Source: Lepidodermella squamata (taxonomy: Eukaryota > Animalia > Gastrotricha). Taken from it: a stretch of DNA of 64,000 bases. A model generated the notes under the pieces. It did not search any database. It was not told where the DNA came from and saw nothing but the letters and a program-made list of their open reading frames with translations. Below are positions 48,001-59,596 of the stretch, one piece after another. Numbering within the stretch: position 1 is the first letter of the stretch; every line of letters starts with the position of its first letter. The position numbers were made by a program, and so were the translations under genes. The stretch spans positions 2,170,001 through 2,234,000 of the forward strand of contig JBLDXI010000024.1 of NCBI GenBank assembly GCA_047495785.1. The letters are read 5' to 3'.

Positions 48001-48161
48001 GGGTGGTCGATGTGCTGATCAATGATTTAGGAGCAAAACTCGATGTCGTCGACAAGAGTGGTTATACCGCTTTGTACCACGCTAACAACCCCTGCAGCCA
48101 TGTTTCAGATGAGAACAAGAGGAAAGTACTCGACATTATTCAAGAACCCAGGGCTCAGTAG
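45082..48161 (+). CDS. Receptor-like protein: three-finger (Ly6/uPAR-like) ectodomain + multi-pass TM region + ankyrin repeats (exons 45082-45287, 46558-47317, 47450-47491, 47550-48161)
   Basis: CYWC...GCC...CCHTNACN across a phase-2 intron, followed by about 4 hydrophobic helices. AAC|GTAAGT, CATAG|TAT...CAG|GTATT and CATAG|GAG junctions are all phase 0 and link to ankyrin repeats (GNTLLYLAA, GETPLYIAS, GWTPLFIAA, GETPLMTAA, GYTALYHA). The ankyrin ORF has no in-frame ATG near its 5' end. Confidence 0.72.
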
Positions 48162-48659
48162 TTTTCTTTAATTCTAAAATTATGTAGCAGCGGCGAATTT
48201 ATTCACTGAATAAAAACAAAAACTGCGCTTCCCTCTCACTGAATTAAATATGCTTGAAGCCTAATTTATTTCAATGTTGCCTGATCCCATGGAAAAATTT
48301 GAAAATTCAATATATCGCCATTTTTATCACCATTTTCTTCCAGTTTGTTCATGGAATTTTGCTCTATATTTAGAGCTTCACTCATCTAGATCATTAGCGT
48401 ATAAATATTCCTCATTGGTTACTTGTACTTGGAATCATTCAGAAATGTCTGAAAATCGCAACGCAGATAGCGCACAACGGGAGTGTGCAATTGGGTGAAG
48501 CAAATACAGTGTGCAAATAATCGATGTTTCGATATTGATTTTCCCGATAATGAAGCCGATTCGGGCGACAGGGTTTGGTCAAAAATGACCGCGAAAAATG
48601 CCTGATTTTTTGATATTTTTCCAAGAATTTATGAGATATGCTTCTTTTCGGCTAAAGTT

Positions 48660-49140
48660 ATAATGGCCGATCCACGGTACAAAGTTCATATTTACCTAAG
48701 TTTCAATGCGAAGTGTGTGAGTGTCCGATCTGTAACATTATTGTCTATGCGTCGCTTTCTCTCGCCAGCCCTCAGTCCTTCCAGTCGAACTAAGCGGCAT
48801 CACTGCCGTTCTCCACGTGATAGCGTTGCGCATCCTCGGGCTCATTCTCGATGAAAAGCTCACTTGGAAGCCTCACATAGACGACGTCCTCCAATGGCAT
48901 GGGCATAATTAACCCTGGTTTCACACGGTCGTGCATCGTCAGGGCCTGTCTCTGAGGTGGCGCCGCGCTTCTTAACTTTCACTCGCCCGCTCCATTGCGA
49001 CCTTCAGGGGCTGTTGTGTTCGCTTCTGAGCCGCCAAAACTCAGGTCCGCCGTCTGGAAGTACTTCAGAACAACTGCCATCGAGCCATTCTCCACGTCCG
49101 ACTGGACGACCGTGTCCGAATTTCTGCCCTGTAGCAGCGA
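48660..49140 (+). mobile_element. Degenerate non-LTR retrotransposon (LINE) RT fragment
   Basis: Frame-broken translation includes FNAKC and LRILGLILDEKLTWKPHIDDV, the typical LG..LD.KL.W..HI motif at the RT C-terminus. Confidence 0.75.
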
Positions 49141-49484
49141 TGTCCAGTGTGGTATACGGTTATAACCACGGTTTTAACTAGCCGGTTGTAACCGAGTTTT
49201 AACCGGTCATTTCAGAATTCGTTTTAGCCAACTGTGTTTTAACCTCCCTAAATTCACAGCTAATTTTGATTTGAAAACTTGAATTTGAATTTTGAATTTC
49301 GATCGCCATGTTGATCGGCTTTTATAAATCCAGCATAATACGTGGCAGATTTCAACACCAGCAGTGGACCCCGGCGAAAATCTTAATGAGAAAGGAGAGT
49401 CTGTTTGCTCACGATGGTCTTCTCGCATCTGGTCTCGCACCATGTTCCGTTCGGCGTGACACTGGCGATGTCGCGTGCCAAGCA

Positions 49485-50010
49485 TCACTTCATTCCTGGC
49501 CATTGCTCAAAGTCGCTATGATGACATTGCCGTTCGACATGTTCTGCCTCTGCGCGATGACGTCGAATGCGTTCGTCTCTTCCCGTCGCCGCCCCTGAAG
49601 TCACCAGTGTTTCTACCGAATTCTCGTCTGCCACAGGGCCAGCTTCCCGCTCCCATGGAATTCTTGTCATCTGTGTCTATTCTGCTTTCTGCCTTCCGTC
49701 AGTCTTCTCCAGCCCCTCTCACACTACTGTGGTTCTAAACCTTTCGCCGTCTCCTACCTCGCTGTGTCTGTCAAGTTCCTCTTTGTCGTCCCTTTTCCTA
49801 ATTTGTCTGATAAATCTCCCGTTTCGTAATAAATTCTTCCATTTGCATCCTCAATAGTGCCGTCTGTGGCAATCAACTGTTCACCCTCTGCTCTTTTCCA
49901 ATTAATAACGATTTTTTATTTTACCTTTGATATGTTAATGTTGGTTGCCTCTAAATTAGTGATAGAAAAATGGCGCCAGCAGGAAAGAGAAGGACAATGA
50001 AAAATCTTTT
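49485..50010. repeat. Dispersed repeat, copy 2 (similar to 43880-44370)
   Basis: See copy 1. Confidence 0.65.
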
Positions 50011-50570
50011 CGTTCGTTCGCTAAAATCCCATGCAGCATTTTCATATTCTATAATTCTATAACTTTGTTTCTTCTTCTACAACACTTTTCCTGTCCTAAA
50101 TGTGATCCTGTCCTGCAATTATATGTTGTTTTTCATATACTTTGTCAAGCTTCCCTCTTTGGGTGTAATAGCTTCTAAATAAATTCACCACCAGTTTTTC
50201 TGCTCGGATCCGATTCCATCGCGAATTGCAGACAAATTTTATTTCTCATGGTTGGAGAGATAATGAAATATTGCGAGGCAAATACAATATTGTCCGTATT
50301 TGTTAACATCTTTACTTTAAGCTCAATTCCGGATCCCCTTAGTTTCTTGGCTTATTCCCAGACTTGGCTTATTGAGAGAACAACTGCACCCTGTTGGTCT
50401 CAAAAGATCTTATTCTTCACCCGACTTAGGACAGGGTGATCTAACTTGCCATTCAAGCTCGTCAAATTGACTTTGGGCGGATCTCACAAGCAAAAAACTA
50501 AAGGGGATTCGGAATTGAGCTTACATGAATGCTATTTTTCATTTGTTCATCTTTTTCATTGTTCTGTTAA

Positions 50571-53500
50571 CTAGGAATTCATAGCTGTGAGCTCAGCGTC
50601 TTCAATAGCTCGGCAATGTATATCGGCAGCCGCACTTGGCAGCTCAATAGCGCTAGAGAGCGTTATCTTGGTGACGTCAATATGCTCCTGGAATACTTGC
50701 ACCATTTTGTTGACATGCGTCGTCAGTGGCATGACGTAATACTTGATCCCTTTGTCCTTTATCATCCTCAAAACATCCGACTCTGTCCTACCACATGGAC
50801 ATCCATCTGGGTGATCGTCACCGCCAGAGCCGAATTGGCGCCCATGAGGCGGGGCATCTAGGATGTGAATCAAAACCTTGGCGCAACCCTCGCGCCAGCT
50901 CAACCTAGCCGCCCGTTCAAGACCATCTAACACAGCCTCGGCTCCATCCCCACCCCCGTGAGCTCCAACCCCGTCGATGAACCGAATCACTTCATCTGCA
51001 TTGGTCAAATTAGTGCTCTGTAGCAGCTTTGGCCCATCGCAGTGGTCACGGTACGCAACAATTGCGAACTGCATGCAGGATGATGTCTTATCCAGTTCTG
51101 GAAGTTGAAGCATGAAAGCCTCGATGATTCGCTTGATAGCGTTTTTACACTCGACTATGTAGGGAAGCATCGAGCCAGTTGCGGCAATGCAAAAGACCAT
51201 ATCCACTCCGATGAAATCCACCTTGTTGAAATCGTGACATTCAAACTGATGCTCCTTAGCTATAACGGAGTCCGAATGCCAGGCAGGCAGGTCGCAGAAT
51301 TTCTTATCCGACTCGCTGTGAGAGCCATGCGGGCAGTAGCAATTGCATTTATGGATATCCTCGTCGTCAGTTGGCACCGCCCAGTTTTGGTGGCTCCAGT
51401 AATCGCGGCACAGGTATTTGTCGTAAACAACGGCCAGATTAGGGTCCTTCTCATCGCAATGACGGACCCCTGATGCCCGAAGCTTTTCATCACACTCCTC
51501 GCCCCCCTTACATGGGATCAAATGGTAGTGAGCACGTCCTTTACGTTGGCACTGCAATGCGCAGGTTTCCTCAAAACTATCGTATTCTACGACTGTTGTT
51601 TTCTTATCTATGTTACGGTGGAATGCTCGATGCTTCCCATCATGGCCGATTTTCTCGCGGCAGAAGCTGCCACATTGCAGGCACTGTTCGATGCACTTGT
51701 GTTCCTTCAAGCAGTCATGCGACTCATCGTGGGTCCATTCGCCACTTGGCAGTACACGCTGACACATGTTGATATTGTGCTCCTGTCTGATGTAGATGTA
51801 CTCCAACGAATTACGTGGAGGGTCGAGATAACGGGTTTCTTCAGTATAGAGAACCTCGCATATTCCGTCCCTCTCACATTTAACAGGGCAGATGTGTTCC
51901 TTCTTGCAAAGGTGCATTTTGACCGGGGCTCCTCGACTCTCAGCCCTAGGGTCTGGAATTGTCATTGCTATATCCTCATGATCATGCAGGCCAGTGCAAG
52001 GGCCACCACAGAAAATGCACCGCCTTGGGCAGTAGGTCTCGTTACACGCGTGCAAGTCATGGCTTTCTGTCATCGATTTCGTGCAGGTGTTTGGGCAGTA
52101 CTTGCAAGGTGAAGTGCACTGATGGCTGAACGAGCATTCTGGAAGCTCTCCGCTGTCGCTCCCTGGCTCTTCTTCAAGGCTAGCGCTGCTTTTCTGTCGC
52201 TTTGACATCGATTTTGAGGTTTGCTTCTCTTTTCCTCCGCACAGGCTGCGGCTCTCCGTTTGCATCATTTTGACACGATTTATATGCTCATCACCAGCCT
52301 GCTTATCGTCAAGAATGACTTGGAGCATGGCAACTTTTAGTAATTGAAGCAGGGTCATCGAATCAGCCCAGCGATTTTTTTGTAGGCCAAGGTCTTCGTC
52401 GTTCTCATCTAAAAGTAACATGCGAAGGTCGTTCAGCTCGCTAACGAAGGCTTGGTTCGTGTACCTGTTCAGACACCGGAAAACCAAGGCGCCACTGAAA
52501 AGCCGCTTCAAAAAGTGATGGTCGCCTTTTTGGTTCAACGCTTGGATGTTGCGCTGAAAATCCTGTTGAGCTCTTTCTTGCTCGTATGGCTCCACGTCTC
52601 GAACAGCCGTCATTAGCAGGCCCTTGAAGTAGTTTTTACCCTTCACACGGTCAACGGCGCTGTTATAATCACTGAAAAGATGATTCAGATACCGGTTGAA
52701 GTTCAAATCCTGGTTAAGGATGGTCACGTCACACACGGCTGCTAAAATGGTCAGCAGTTTGACTTCTTCCAGTTCATTACGACTGATACTGAAAAGACCT
52801 TCGCAGTCAAGAATGACAAAATCCCGCTCAGCGCCATCTGACTCGCGGACTAGCCTTGCGTAGCTCATCCAGATTCCGTCCGTGCATCGTGTTGCAGCAA
52901 CACTGAATCTCGTACCGAACAGTCGATTGAGCAGGTAGCTTTTACCAGACGATTGCCGCCCGATGATACCGATGATTTTGATTGGGCGACCACCTGCCAT
53001 GGATCCAAGCACACTTTCGAGATGACCGAGGGTAACGCGATCCGCTAGCTCAGTAATCTGACTTGCCTTTTCCGTGCCAAAGCGATGACGTTTCCCGTCG
53101 ATCAGTGGCACCAAGTTGTTCTCCTCAATCGTGCAAATGTGAACAGGGACGCGTGTCAGAAGTATGCAGCTGAGTTGTTCATTCGTAATCGGCGATTCCT
53201 TCATCGCCACAGCATCGCAGGGTTTGATTCCTACAGACAATTTGTACGGGAAGGTTCTCAAATAGCTCTCCAGTTGAGTTGGTTTGAAACTGGCGTTCTC
53301 CTCCGGCAACACTAGGTCGTAGGAAATGTTTTCAGAGGAACCGATGAAATGGGCGATGGGACCATACTTCATGGAACTTGCGTAGATAATGTCAACAACA
53401 GGGTTACCCCGAACTTTCTCACGCTTCACTTCGTCGCCCATGGCCTTGAGAGAAACGTCAGAAGCCAAGCCAGGCAATATAAAGCTTTTGACTGATTTCG

Positions 53501-55616
53501 CCTCCATAATCGACAGATAGATGTTCGCGCTGTCACAAAATAACTTCAAGCCCCACGATCGATCGCTTCGGAAGGAATGGATGATTTCGAAATTCAGGTC
53601 GTAAATATCAGTGTAGCTTTCATTTCGCATGGCGAAGAATGACAGGTTTTTTGTCACGTGGACGCTTTTGTAGAGCTCCTTATTTTGCGAGAGGAGCCGT
53701 TTCTTCACGCTTTCACGACCGGTATTGCTGCGATGGCACCACTCTTCTGCTTCCTTTGTCGTGAAGTTGTACAGATACAGATTACCTCGATCATTCAAAA
53801 GCAGGGCCTCGCGGCGACCGCCCATCATTGCCATGGAGACGATTTTACCATCCACGTTATTCGGAATAGGACTACTGCCTTTGCTCGTGTATTTTAAAGA
53901 CTCATTTTCTGCTATCTCTTGGAGAGATATTAACTTTGATTCGTTATCGAGAACCGCAATCAAAACGGATGTAGTCGATTTATCGCCAGGTTCATATGCC
54001 ATAAGACAATCTCGAATATTCCAAACAGTGATTCGCTTGATCTCGCTGGCCGAAATTCGAAGAAGGAGGGTATAGGGCAGCTTGTTGCTTCCTATGGCTA
54101 CAATGAAGAGTTTCCCATTCCACATCGGGTAGCTTGAACGAACGAAACAAGTTCTCAGAATTTCAGTTATGTCGTAAGAGACAACAGGCTTTGAAGGTAG
54201 CAAGTCTCGCAAAATCTCAGGCGTGATTTGAACCGACCACGTGGACGGGGCGAATGTGATAGCGTCGGACTCGCCTTTGTTCTTCTGAACAGCATTCACC
54301 ATGCAAGGTATCAATTTGAGGGCTGTAGAACTGGTCCGTTTGGTCTGTGATGTATTGAAAATGACAGAGCATGCGTTTGAAAACGTGCTGATGGGCCGCG
54401 TTAATTCGCGACTTCTGCGATAAACAAGCTCCTCGAGGTTTTCTGCGCGAAGTATTTCCTCGATATCACGAAATGCCTCGTCGACCTGTCCATACATGTT
54501 ACGAGTGAAGAAATTGGCTATTTCGTCACTGAAATCCTTCGTAATAACACGGTAGTCGAAATTAAAGCGGTCTGCGCTGAAACTGTAGCTGTCAACAATT
54601 TTATAGGCCAGCTGTTCGGTCAAGAAGTCGACAAAGGCTGGATAGTTCTTCTTCATGGTACCGTGCTTGTGCAAAAATGCATAAGGTCGATCGGCAAAAT
54701 TGAGCCAAGTTGACTTTTTTTGCCGCAATGTATCCTCAATTCGAGGCAGCCATGATCCAAGCTCAAGAGAAAAAGATTTCCCGACTTCGGCAAGGTCCTT
54801 GGCATATCGTTTATGCTCAACTGTGACTTTGTTAGCTATAGCATCGGTGGCTAAGTCACTGCCTAATCTTCGGACTTCAGAAGTTACCGTAGGTGGGCTG
54901 TGATACATCAGCCGGAGGAGTGAATATTTAAGGTCATGAACTTTCATGCCAATATCTTCCTTAGCCGGACCTTTCGACTCGTCCATCTCGTGGTAGAGAA
55001 CATAACGGCTGCCATTATCGTTTAGCAAGAGGCCTCGTAGTGCGTGGTCTCCCAAATCCCGCGTCAACAGCTCTGTTGAAGTGCTCACAGTGATGACTTT
55101 GATGTCGTTGTTTTTGTGCTCTTCTAGCCTGAACCTCGCCCTACCAGCTACACTCGTGTCGATGAACGGATTTTTCGGCCCAGGATAAAACTGAGTAATC
55201 CCTTCTGAACCAGGGCAAAGAAATATCGACGGGGAAATATCTTCCAAGTAACGAAACAAGGTTACCAGAATGTTTTCCTTGTTGAAACTATCTTGCTTCA
55301 AGAATGACTCCTCAGCAACAAGAAGAAAGAGGATGCTGCTATCTTTGATAGCGGCGAACAACTTTTTGTCAGCATTCTTGCCCGTTGGGAGGTCAAACTC
55401 AGGCTCAGCCAAGAGTTGCCTCGCCGTCGCAATCACTTGATCACGCTGACCGAAACACGCTGCAACACTGCCGTTGTTGTTCATGGTAATCTGCAGATGT
55501 AGTTGATGCAAATCACGCAGACTGACGGCGACCTGCTCAATCGAAGCCATCTCAGCCGCGCCCGCTACTTCGCCGTAGAAAGGCGTGTACAAGCGGCATC
55601 GAGATGGCAATGCCAT
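50571..55616 (-). CDS. Giant GTPase-Cys/His-VWA gene, copy 2 (1681 aa, intronless, coiled coil deleted, MIDAS Asp lost)
   Basis: Highly similar to copy 1 over the N-terminus and GTPase. The junction ...GSDSGELPECSFSHQC skips the coiled-coil region in frame. The VWA domain reads CIAATGSM. Confidence 0.88.
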   Translation of the reverse strand: MALPSRCRLYTPFYGEVAGAAEMASIEQVAVSLRDLHQLHLQITMNNNGSVAACFGQRDQVIATARQLLAEPEFDLPTGKNADKKLFAAIKDSSILFLLVAEESFLKQDSFNKENILVTLFRYLEDISPSIFLCPGSEGITQFYPGPKNPFIDTSVAGRARFRLEEHKNNDIKVITVSTSTELLTRDLGDHALRGLLLNDNGSRYVLYHEMDESKGPAKEDIGMKVHDLKYSLLRLMYHSPPTVTSEVRRLGSDLATDAIANKVTVEHKRYAKDLAEVGKSFSLELGSWLPRIEDTLRQKKSTWLNFADRPYAFLHKHGTMKKNYPAFVDFLTEQLAYKIVDSYSFSADRFNFDYRVITKDFSDEIANFFTRNMYGQVDEAFRDIEEILRAENLEELVYRRSRELTRPISTFSNACSVIFNTSQTKRTSSTALKLIPCMVNAVQKNKGESDAITFAPSTWSVQITPEILRDLLPSKPVVSYDITEILRTCFVRSSYPMWNGKLFIVAIGSNKLPYTLLLRISASEIKRITVWNIRDCLMAYEPGDKSTTSVLIAVLDNESKLISLQEIAENESLKYTSKGSSPIPNNVDGKIVSMAMMGGRREALLLNDRGNLYLYNFTTKEAEEWCHRSNTGRESVKKRLLSQNKELYKSVHVTKNLSFFAMRNESYTDIYDLNFEIIHSFRSDRSWGLKLFCDSANIYLSIMEAKSVKSFILPGLASDVSLKAMGDEVKREKVRGNPVVDIIYASSMKYGPIAHFIGSSENISYDLVLPEENASFKPTQLESYLRTFPYKLSVGIKPCDAVAMKESPITNEQLSCILLTRVPVHICTIEENNLVPLIDGKRHRFGTEKASQITELADRVTLGHLESVLGSMAGGRPIKIIGIIGRQSSGKSYLLNRLFGTRFSVAATRCTDGIWMSYARLVRESDGAERDFVILDCEGLFSISRNELEEVKLLTILAAVCDVTILNQDLNFNRYLNHLFSDYNSAVDRVKGKNYFKGLLMTAVRDVEPYEQERAQQDFQRNIQALNQKGDHHFLKRLFSGALVFRCLNRYTNQAFVSELNDLRMLLLDENDEDLGLQKNRWADSMTLLQLLKVAMLQVILDDKQAGDEHINRVKMMQTESRSLCGGKEKQTSKSMSKRQKSSASLEEEPGSDSGELPECSFSHQCTSPCKYCPNTCTKSMTESHDLHACNETYCPRRCIFCGGPCTGLHDHEDIAMTIPDPRAESRGAPVKMHLCKKEHICPVKCERDGICEVLYTEETRYLDPPRNSLEYIYIRQEHNINMCQRVLPSGEWTHDESHDCLKEHKCIEQCLQCGSFCREKIGHDGKHRAFHRNIDKKTTVVEYDSFEETCALQCQRKGRAHYHLIPCKGGEECDEKLRASGVRHCDEKDPNLAVVYDKYLCRDYWSHQNWAVPTDDEDIHKCNCYCPHGSHSESDKKFCDLPAWHSDSVIAKEHQFECHDFNKVDFIGVDMVFCIAATGSMLPYIVECKNAIKRIIEAFMLQLPELDKTSSCMQFAIVAYRDHCDGPKLLQSTNLTNADEVIRFIDGVGAHGGGDGAEAVLDGLERAARLSWREGCAKVLIHILDAPPHGRQFGSGGDDHPDGCPCGRTESDVLRMIKDKGIKYYVMPLTTHVNKMVQVFQEHIDVTKITLSSAIELPSAAADIHCRAIEDAELTAMNS

Positions 55617-55839
55617 GAGTAAGCTCAAGATTTAAATTTCTAAACTTGAAATGCAACGTTTTTTGATAAATGATGCAGCTTATAGGATCTAGCGTGATAT
55701 TGTACTGCAATTCCAGTTTTATGATGAATCGCTCTTTTCAGTTTATATTACTTTTCGATGTTGGCTACAAGAATTGAAACCGTTTTGAAATTTTGGCTAT
55801 TTTAAAATTGGTAGGTAACCGAGGTGCGAAAAGTGACTC

Positions 55840-56378
55840 ACAGATGAACTGGCCTGAGTAAGCCGAGTTTCACTTGGGTATGAGCAGAAATATATCGGTC
55901 GTGATATTCCCGCTAATGAATTTTCGCGAATGTAAGTATGCTGCAGCTGATGCAATTTGCGTTAGAAGGGAGAGGACTTTACAACGTGCTCTGCCTACAT
56001 TACAACGTGCTGTTCGAGGGTCCCAGAATTCACTCAAAAAGTGATATTCTTCCATTATCGCGAATACGGAATTAAGCTTCACAGTATATATTGATGCTCG
56101 ATGGTAGCGAGCGATTTAGAAGCCTGAAAAATTGGTTTTAAAATAAAAGTATTCACAACAAAGGCATTTACGTCATTTAACGGCACTTGAACTTATTTTT
56201 TGCTTGGCTGTTGATTTTTCGGCCGATTTCAGCGATTTTAGCAATGGTTCGTTTCAAGAACCATGTTACATGTCCCTTTCGATTCGCCTTTTTGTTTGAG
56301 GAGGATTGTTGCGTTGACATCGCCCTGCTTTTTGAGTACTCGAGCTGTTTCGAAACTATCAAAAGGAGCTGGCAGCAT
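55840..56378 (-). pseudogene. Second, more degraded and truncated copy of the pseudokinase gene
   Basis: MLPAPFDSFETARVLKKQGDVNATILLKQKGES and LLTQIASAAAYLHSRKFISGNITTD match 40264-40830, with frameshifts. The upstream flank is also similar (56380-56840 vs 40830-41290). Confidence 0.8.
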
Positions 56379-56920
56379 TTTGGAACCCTTTATCTCTACT
56401 ATGCAACGTTTATTGCCAACGAAAATGATAACGAAATGCATTTTGAATCACCTTGTTATCATCTGAGGATCTGCATTTTCATGGAAATTCAAGCCTACGC
56501 AACTCTCTTTTATGCGGCGAAGTACGTAGCAGATAGTAATTTCTCAAACAAAAGACGTATCTTATACTGATTACTACTTACGCTTTGAATTTTAATCGTT
56601 GCTGGTGTAGATAGGGTCGAGACAAAAGGACGGAAGGTTCGCAATGCACCTCATGACAGATAGGCCGCTTGGGTCATTTTTCCATAGATATATCAGATAT
56701 CACTCTATTTTATCATCCACGTTTAATCTGAGTTTAGCTGTTTTCATGCGCCAGTAATCAGTCGCATCATAGAAATTTCCGAGTTATCAGCGCCCCCTAG
56801 CCCACTTTATCAGCTTTACTAGGATTAGCCCTGGATGTCGTCATGCAAATGGGTAATTCCATGACTTTGTTGCAGATGTCTCTCTGCAACATAGAGCTGA
56901 TAGAGTGCTCACTCGCCATC

Positions 56921-57081
56921 GAATAACCTCGATTTAGGCTTGTTTACTTCCACTTCAAGAAGATAGCTGGCAAGTCAAAATTCCTGTTGTTTTTGTCCCT
57001 TCATTCACGTTAAAAAGCCGGTTTTTACTTGTCACCCGTGACCTTGAAAAGGATGCAAACAAGCCTAAATCCGAGTTATTC
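56921..57081. mobile_element. ~160-bp MITE; a diverged inverted copy lies at 58816-58982
   Basis: Ends GAATAACCTCGATTTAGGCTTGTTT / AAACAAGCCTAAATCCGAGTTATTC. The internal ATTCACGTTAAAAA is present in reverse orientation in the second copy. Confidence 0.7.
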
Positions 57082-57094
57082 AACGTCACTAACG

Positions 57095-57197
57095 ATATCG
57101 TTCGTGGCGCGGAAGAATCAATACTTCAAGCAAAAAACGTAGTGCTAGATAGCATTTTTTGCTTGAAGTGCTGGTTCTTCCGCGCCACGAACGATAT
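57095..57197. repeat. Near-perfect ~100-nt hairpin
   Basis: ATATCGTTCGTGGCGCGGAAGAA..ACTTCAAGCAAAAAA ... TTTTTTGCTTGAAGT..TTCTTCCGCGCCACGAACGATAT. Confidence 0.8.
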
Positions 57198-58519
57198 GGC
57201 AGGGGATTAACTCATTGTCCTCGATCCTGGAGTGAGAAACTGAACTAATTACAAATCGATCTATCACATAAATCGCTGGCGCCAGCGCTTCAATTATCGG
57301 TTACAGCGCCAACATCCAGAAAATAGCGAACCAATTGCGCGGCCAGGGATATAACGTCACTGAAAAAAGATATTGTGTAGCTAGCAACGGCTCTTCTCGA
57401 CGCTTTGATATCCTGCTGGCCCTGCGAAACGAGAATAATTATTGATCCCGCACTATCAAATGCAAGTCTTCGGAAAACGCGCAATATTAGCCGTTAAAAT
57501 ATCTTCGCCATAGACACGCAGCCGCACCCTAGCCCTGCCTTGACAAGGCTATTGCGCAATTAAGGCTATGCAGCTTGGTGGTAGATTTACCCAGAGTAGA
57601 TTGTAAATGGCTGTGCATTTCTACGGAGCGGTATTATGTATCCCAAATAGATGAAACTTTTCAAACCTTTCGAATTCTCCGCAACGGTGAGGACAAATGG
57701 GCACTCGTTTTAAGGTACAGTGCTACCTCCATAAATGCAACCTTCATAAAAAGAAAACCTCCGTATTTCAATTATTTTTCATCAAACTAAAATTTTTAGT
57801 TTGATAATTTTTATTTACTGTGAAAAAACAGGCGTCGTTAGCAACAAAATTTCAGCGCTGCGGGCGGATTTCTCGCTTTTAAAATTGGCGGCCGCGCGGT
57901 TGTTTCTCGCCGAACACCCAACTTCTCGATCTTTAAAAATCGTTGTTTTTTATAAGCTCATTGAGATTGCGAATCAACAAAATCGTGCGCACGCGATTTT
58001 TCGAGTTTTTGCTTTTACAAATTCTACAACCCATTCAAATCAACAAATTTGACTGAATTCGTTCCGGGTTATTTAAAAATATGGCTAACCACTAAAATCA
58101 TCGTCGCCTTAGAAACTAAGATAAAAACTTAGCGACGCACTTATGATTCATCGCTAGCTATTTAACAGCCCTCTATAAATGCAACCCTCCGTAAAAGCTA
58201 ACGCGTGTCTCCCGACCCTTTGCATGTGTGGAGGTCGTACTGTAATTTCATTGGCTACAAGGGGTTGTTGACTATGCCAAAAGCTCGTTTGATCTGCGTT
58301 TGGTTGGCATCGGCGGCATAATACTGTGCGAAAGTGAAAGGTGTCAGAAACTATGCAGAAATAACAGCTCTTACCGTAGCACATCTACGGTGATCACTTT
58401 CAGCAATAAGAATCAGTCGACAACTCCAAATGTCTTGACTTTTATTCAGTCATATTCAGGGTAAGCTTTGAGCTTTGGGTACGTATTACCTGCTTTGTCA
58501 CCAATCGACATTAGATACA

Positions 58520-58766
58520 CACCAGAAAAAAAATCACCCTAATTTGGGTGATAAGAAATCGGACTTTTAGCTTGTGAAACCCCCTCAATTAGGGCCCTGT
58601 GAGTATCCTAATTCACGGATTTTCAACATTTATCTGATTTCATGCCCAAAATCACCCTAATTCATGTAGAAAAATTCAGTTCTTTATCTGCGAAAAGCAT
58701 GAATTCAGATACCGAAACTAAATTCATGCTTTCGGTAGATGAATTAGGGTGTTATTTTTTCTGGTG
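58520..58766. mobile_element. CMC/EnSpm-like (CAC-terminated) MITE
   Basis: TIRs CACCAGAAAAAAAATCACCCTAATT / AATTAGGGTGTTATTTTTTCTGGTG with a 2-bp CA direct repeat. Confidence 0.7.
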
Positions 58767-59596
58767 CAGTATAAAATATCTGGTTGTGCTTCATTGATGG
58801 ATATAGTTCATCTTTGAAATACTCGGATTTAGGCTTTTTCATTTCCGTTTGAAGGTGGCGGGACAGAAGTAAGAAGCACGGTTTTTTAACGTGAATGAGA
58901 ATGCAAAAACAAAAGACGCTTTACTTGTAGCCTCCGGCCTTCAAACTGATGTAGACAACCGTAAATCCGAGCCGAGTTATTCAACAATATTGGCGAAAGG
59001 CGAATTTCCTTAGCTGTCCTCGATAAGAACCGGAAACATGTATCGCTGTTATATATGGCGCCGAAAAAACATCAATGTTTTTCAATTGCGTCAATGCAAA
59101 ATGCTTCAATGCGTCAATGCTACTCCGATAAATCCACCTTGTTGAAATCGTGACAATCAAACTGATGCTCCTTAGCTATAACGGAGTCCGAATGCCAGGC
59201 AGGCAGGTCGCAGAATTTCTTATCCGACTCACTCTGATACCATCGCGAATTTCAGACAAATTTTATTCCTCGTGGTTAGAGAGATAATGAAATATTGCGA
59301 GGCAAATACAATATTGTCCGTATTTGTTAACATCTTTACTTTAAGCTCAATTCCGGATCCCCTTAGATTCTTGGCTTATTGCCAGACTTGGCTTATTGAG
59401 AGAACAACTGCACCCTGTTGGTCTCAAAAGATCTTATTCTTCACCCGACTTAGGACAGGGTGACCTAACTTCCATTCAAGCTCGTCAAATTGACGGTTAT
59501 GATCTCCACTTGCAAGCAAAAAACTAAAGGGGATTCGGAATTGAGCTTACATGAATGCTATTTTTCATTTGTTCATCTTTTTCATTGTTCTGTTAA

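Noticed and set aside
50248-50439. Repeated 63-aa ORF (also 59272-59463)
   Set aside because: It lies in the recently duplicated 3' flank, the start codon is not conserved (ATG vs GTG), and it has no recognisable motif.
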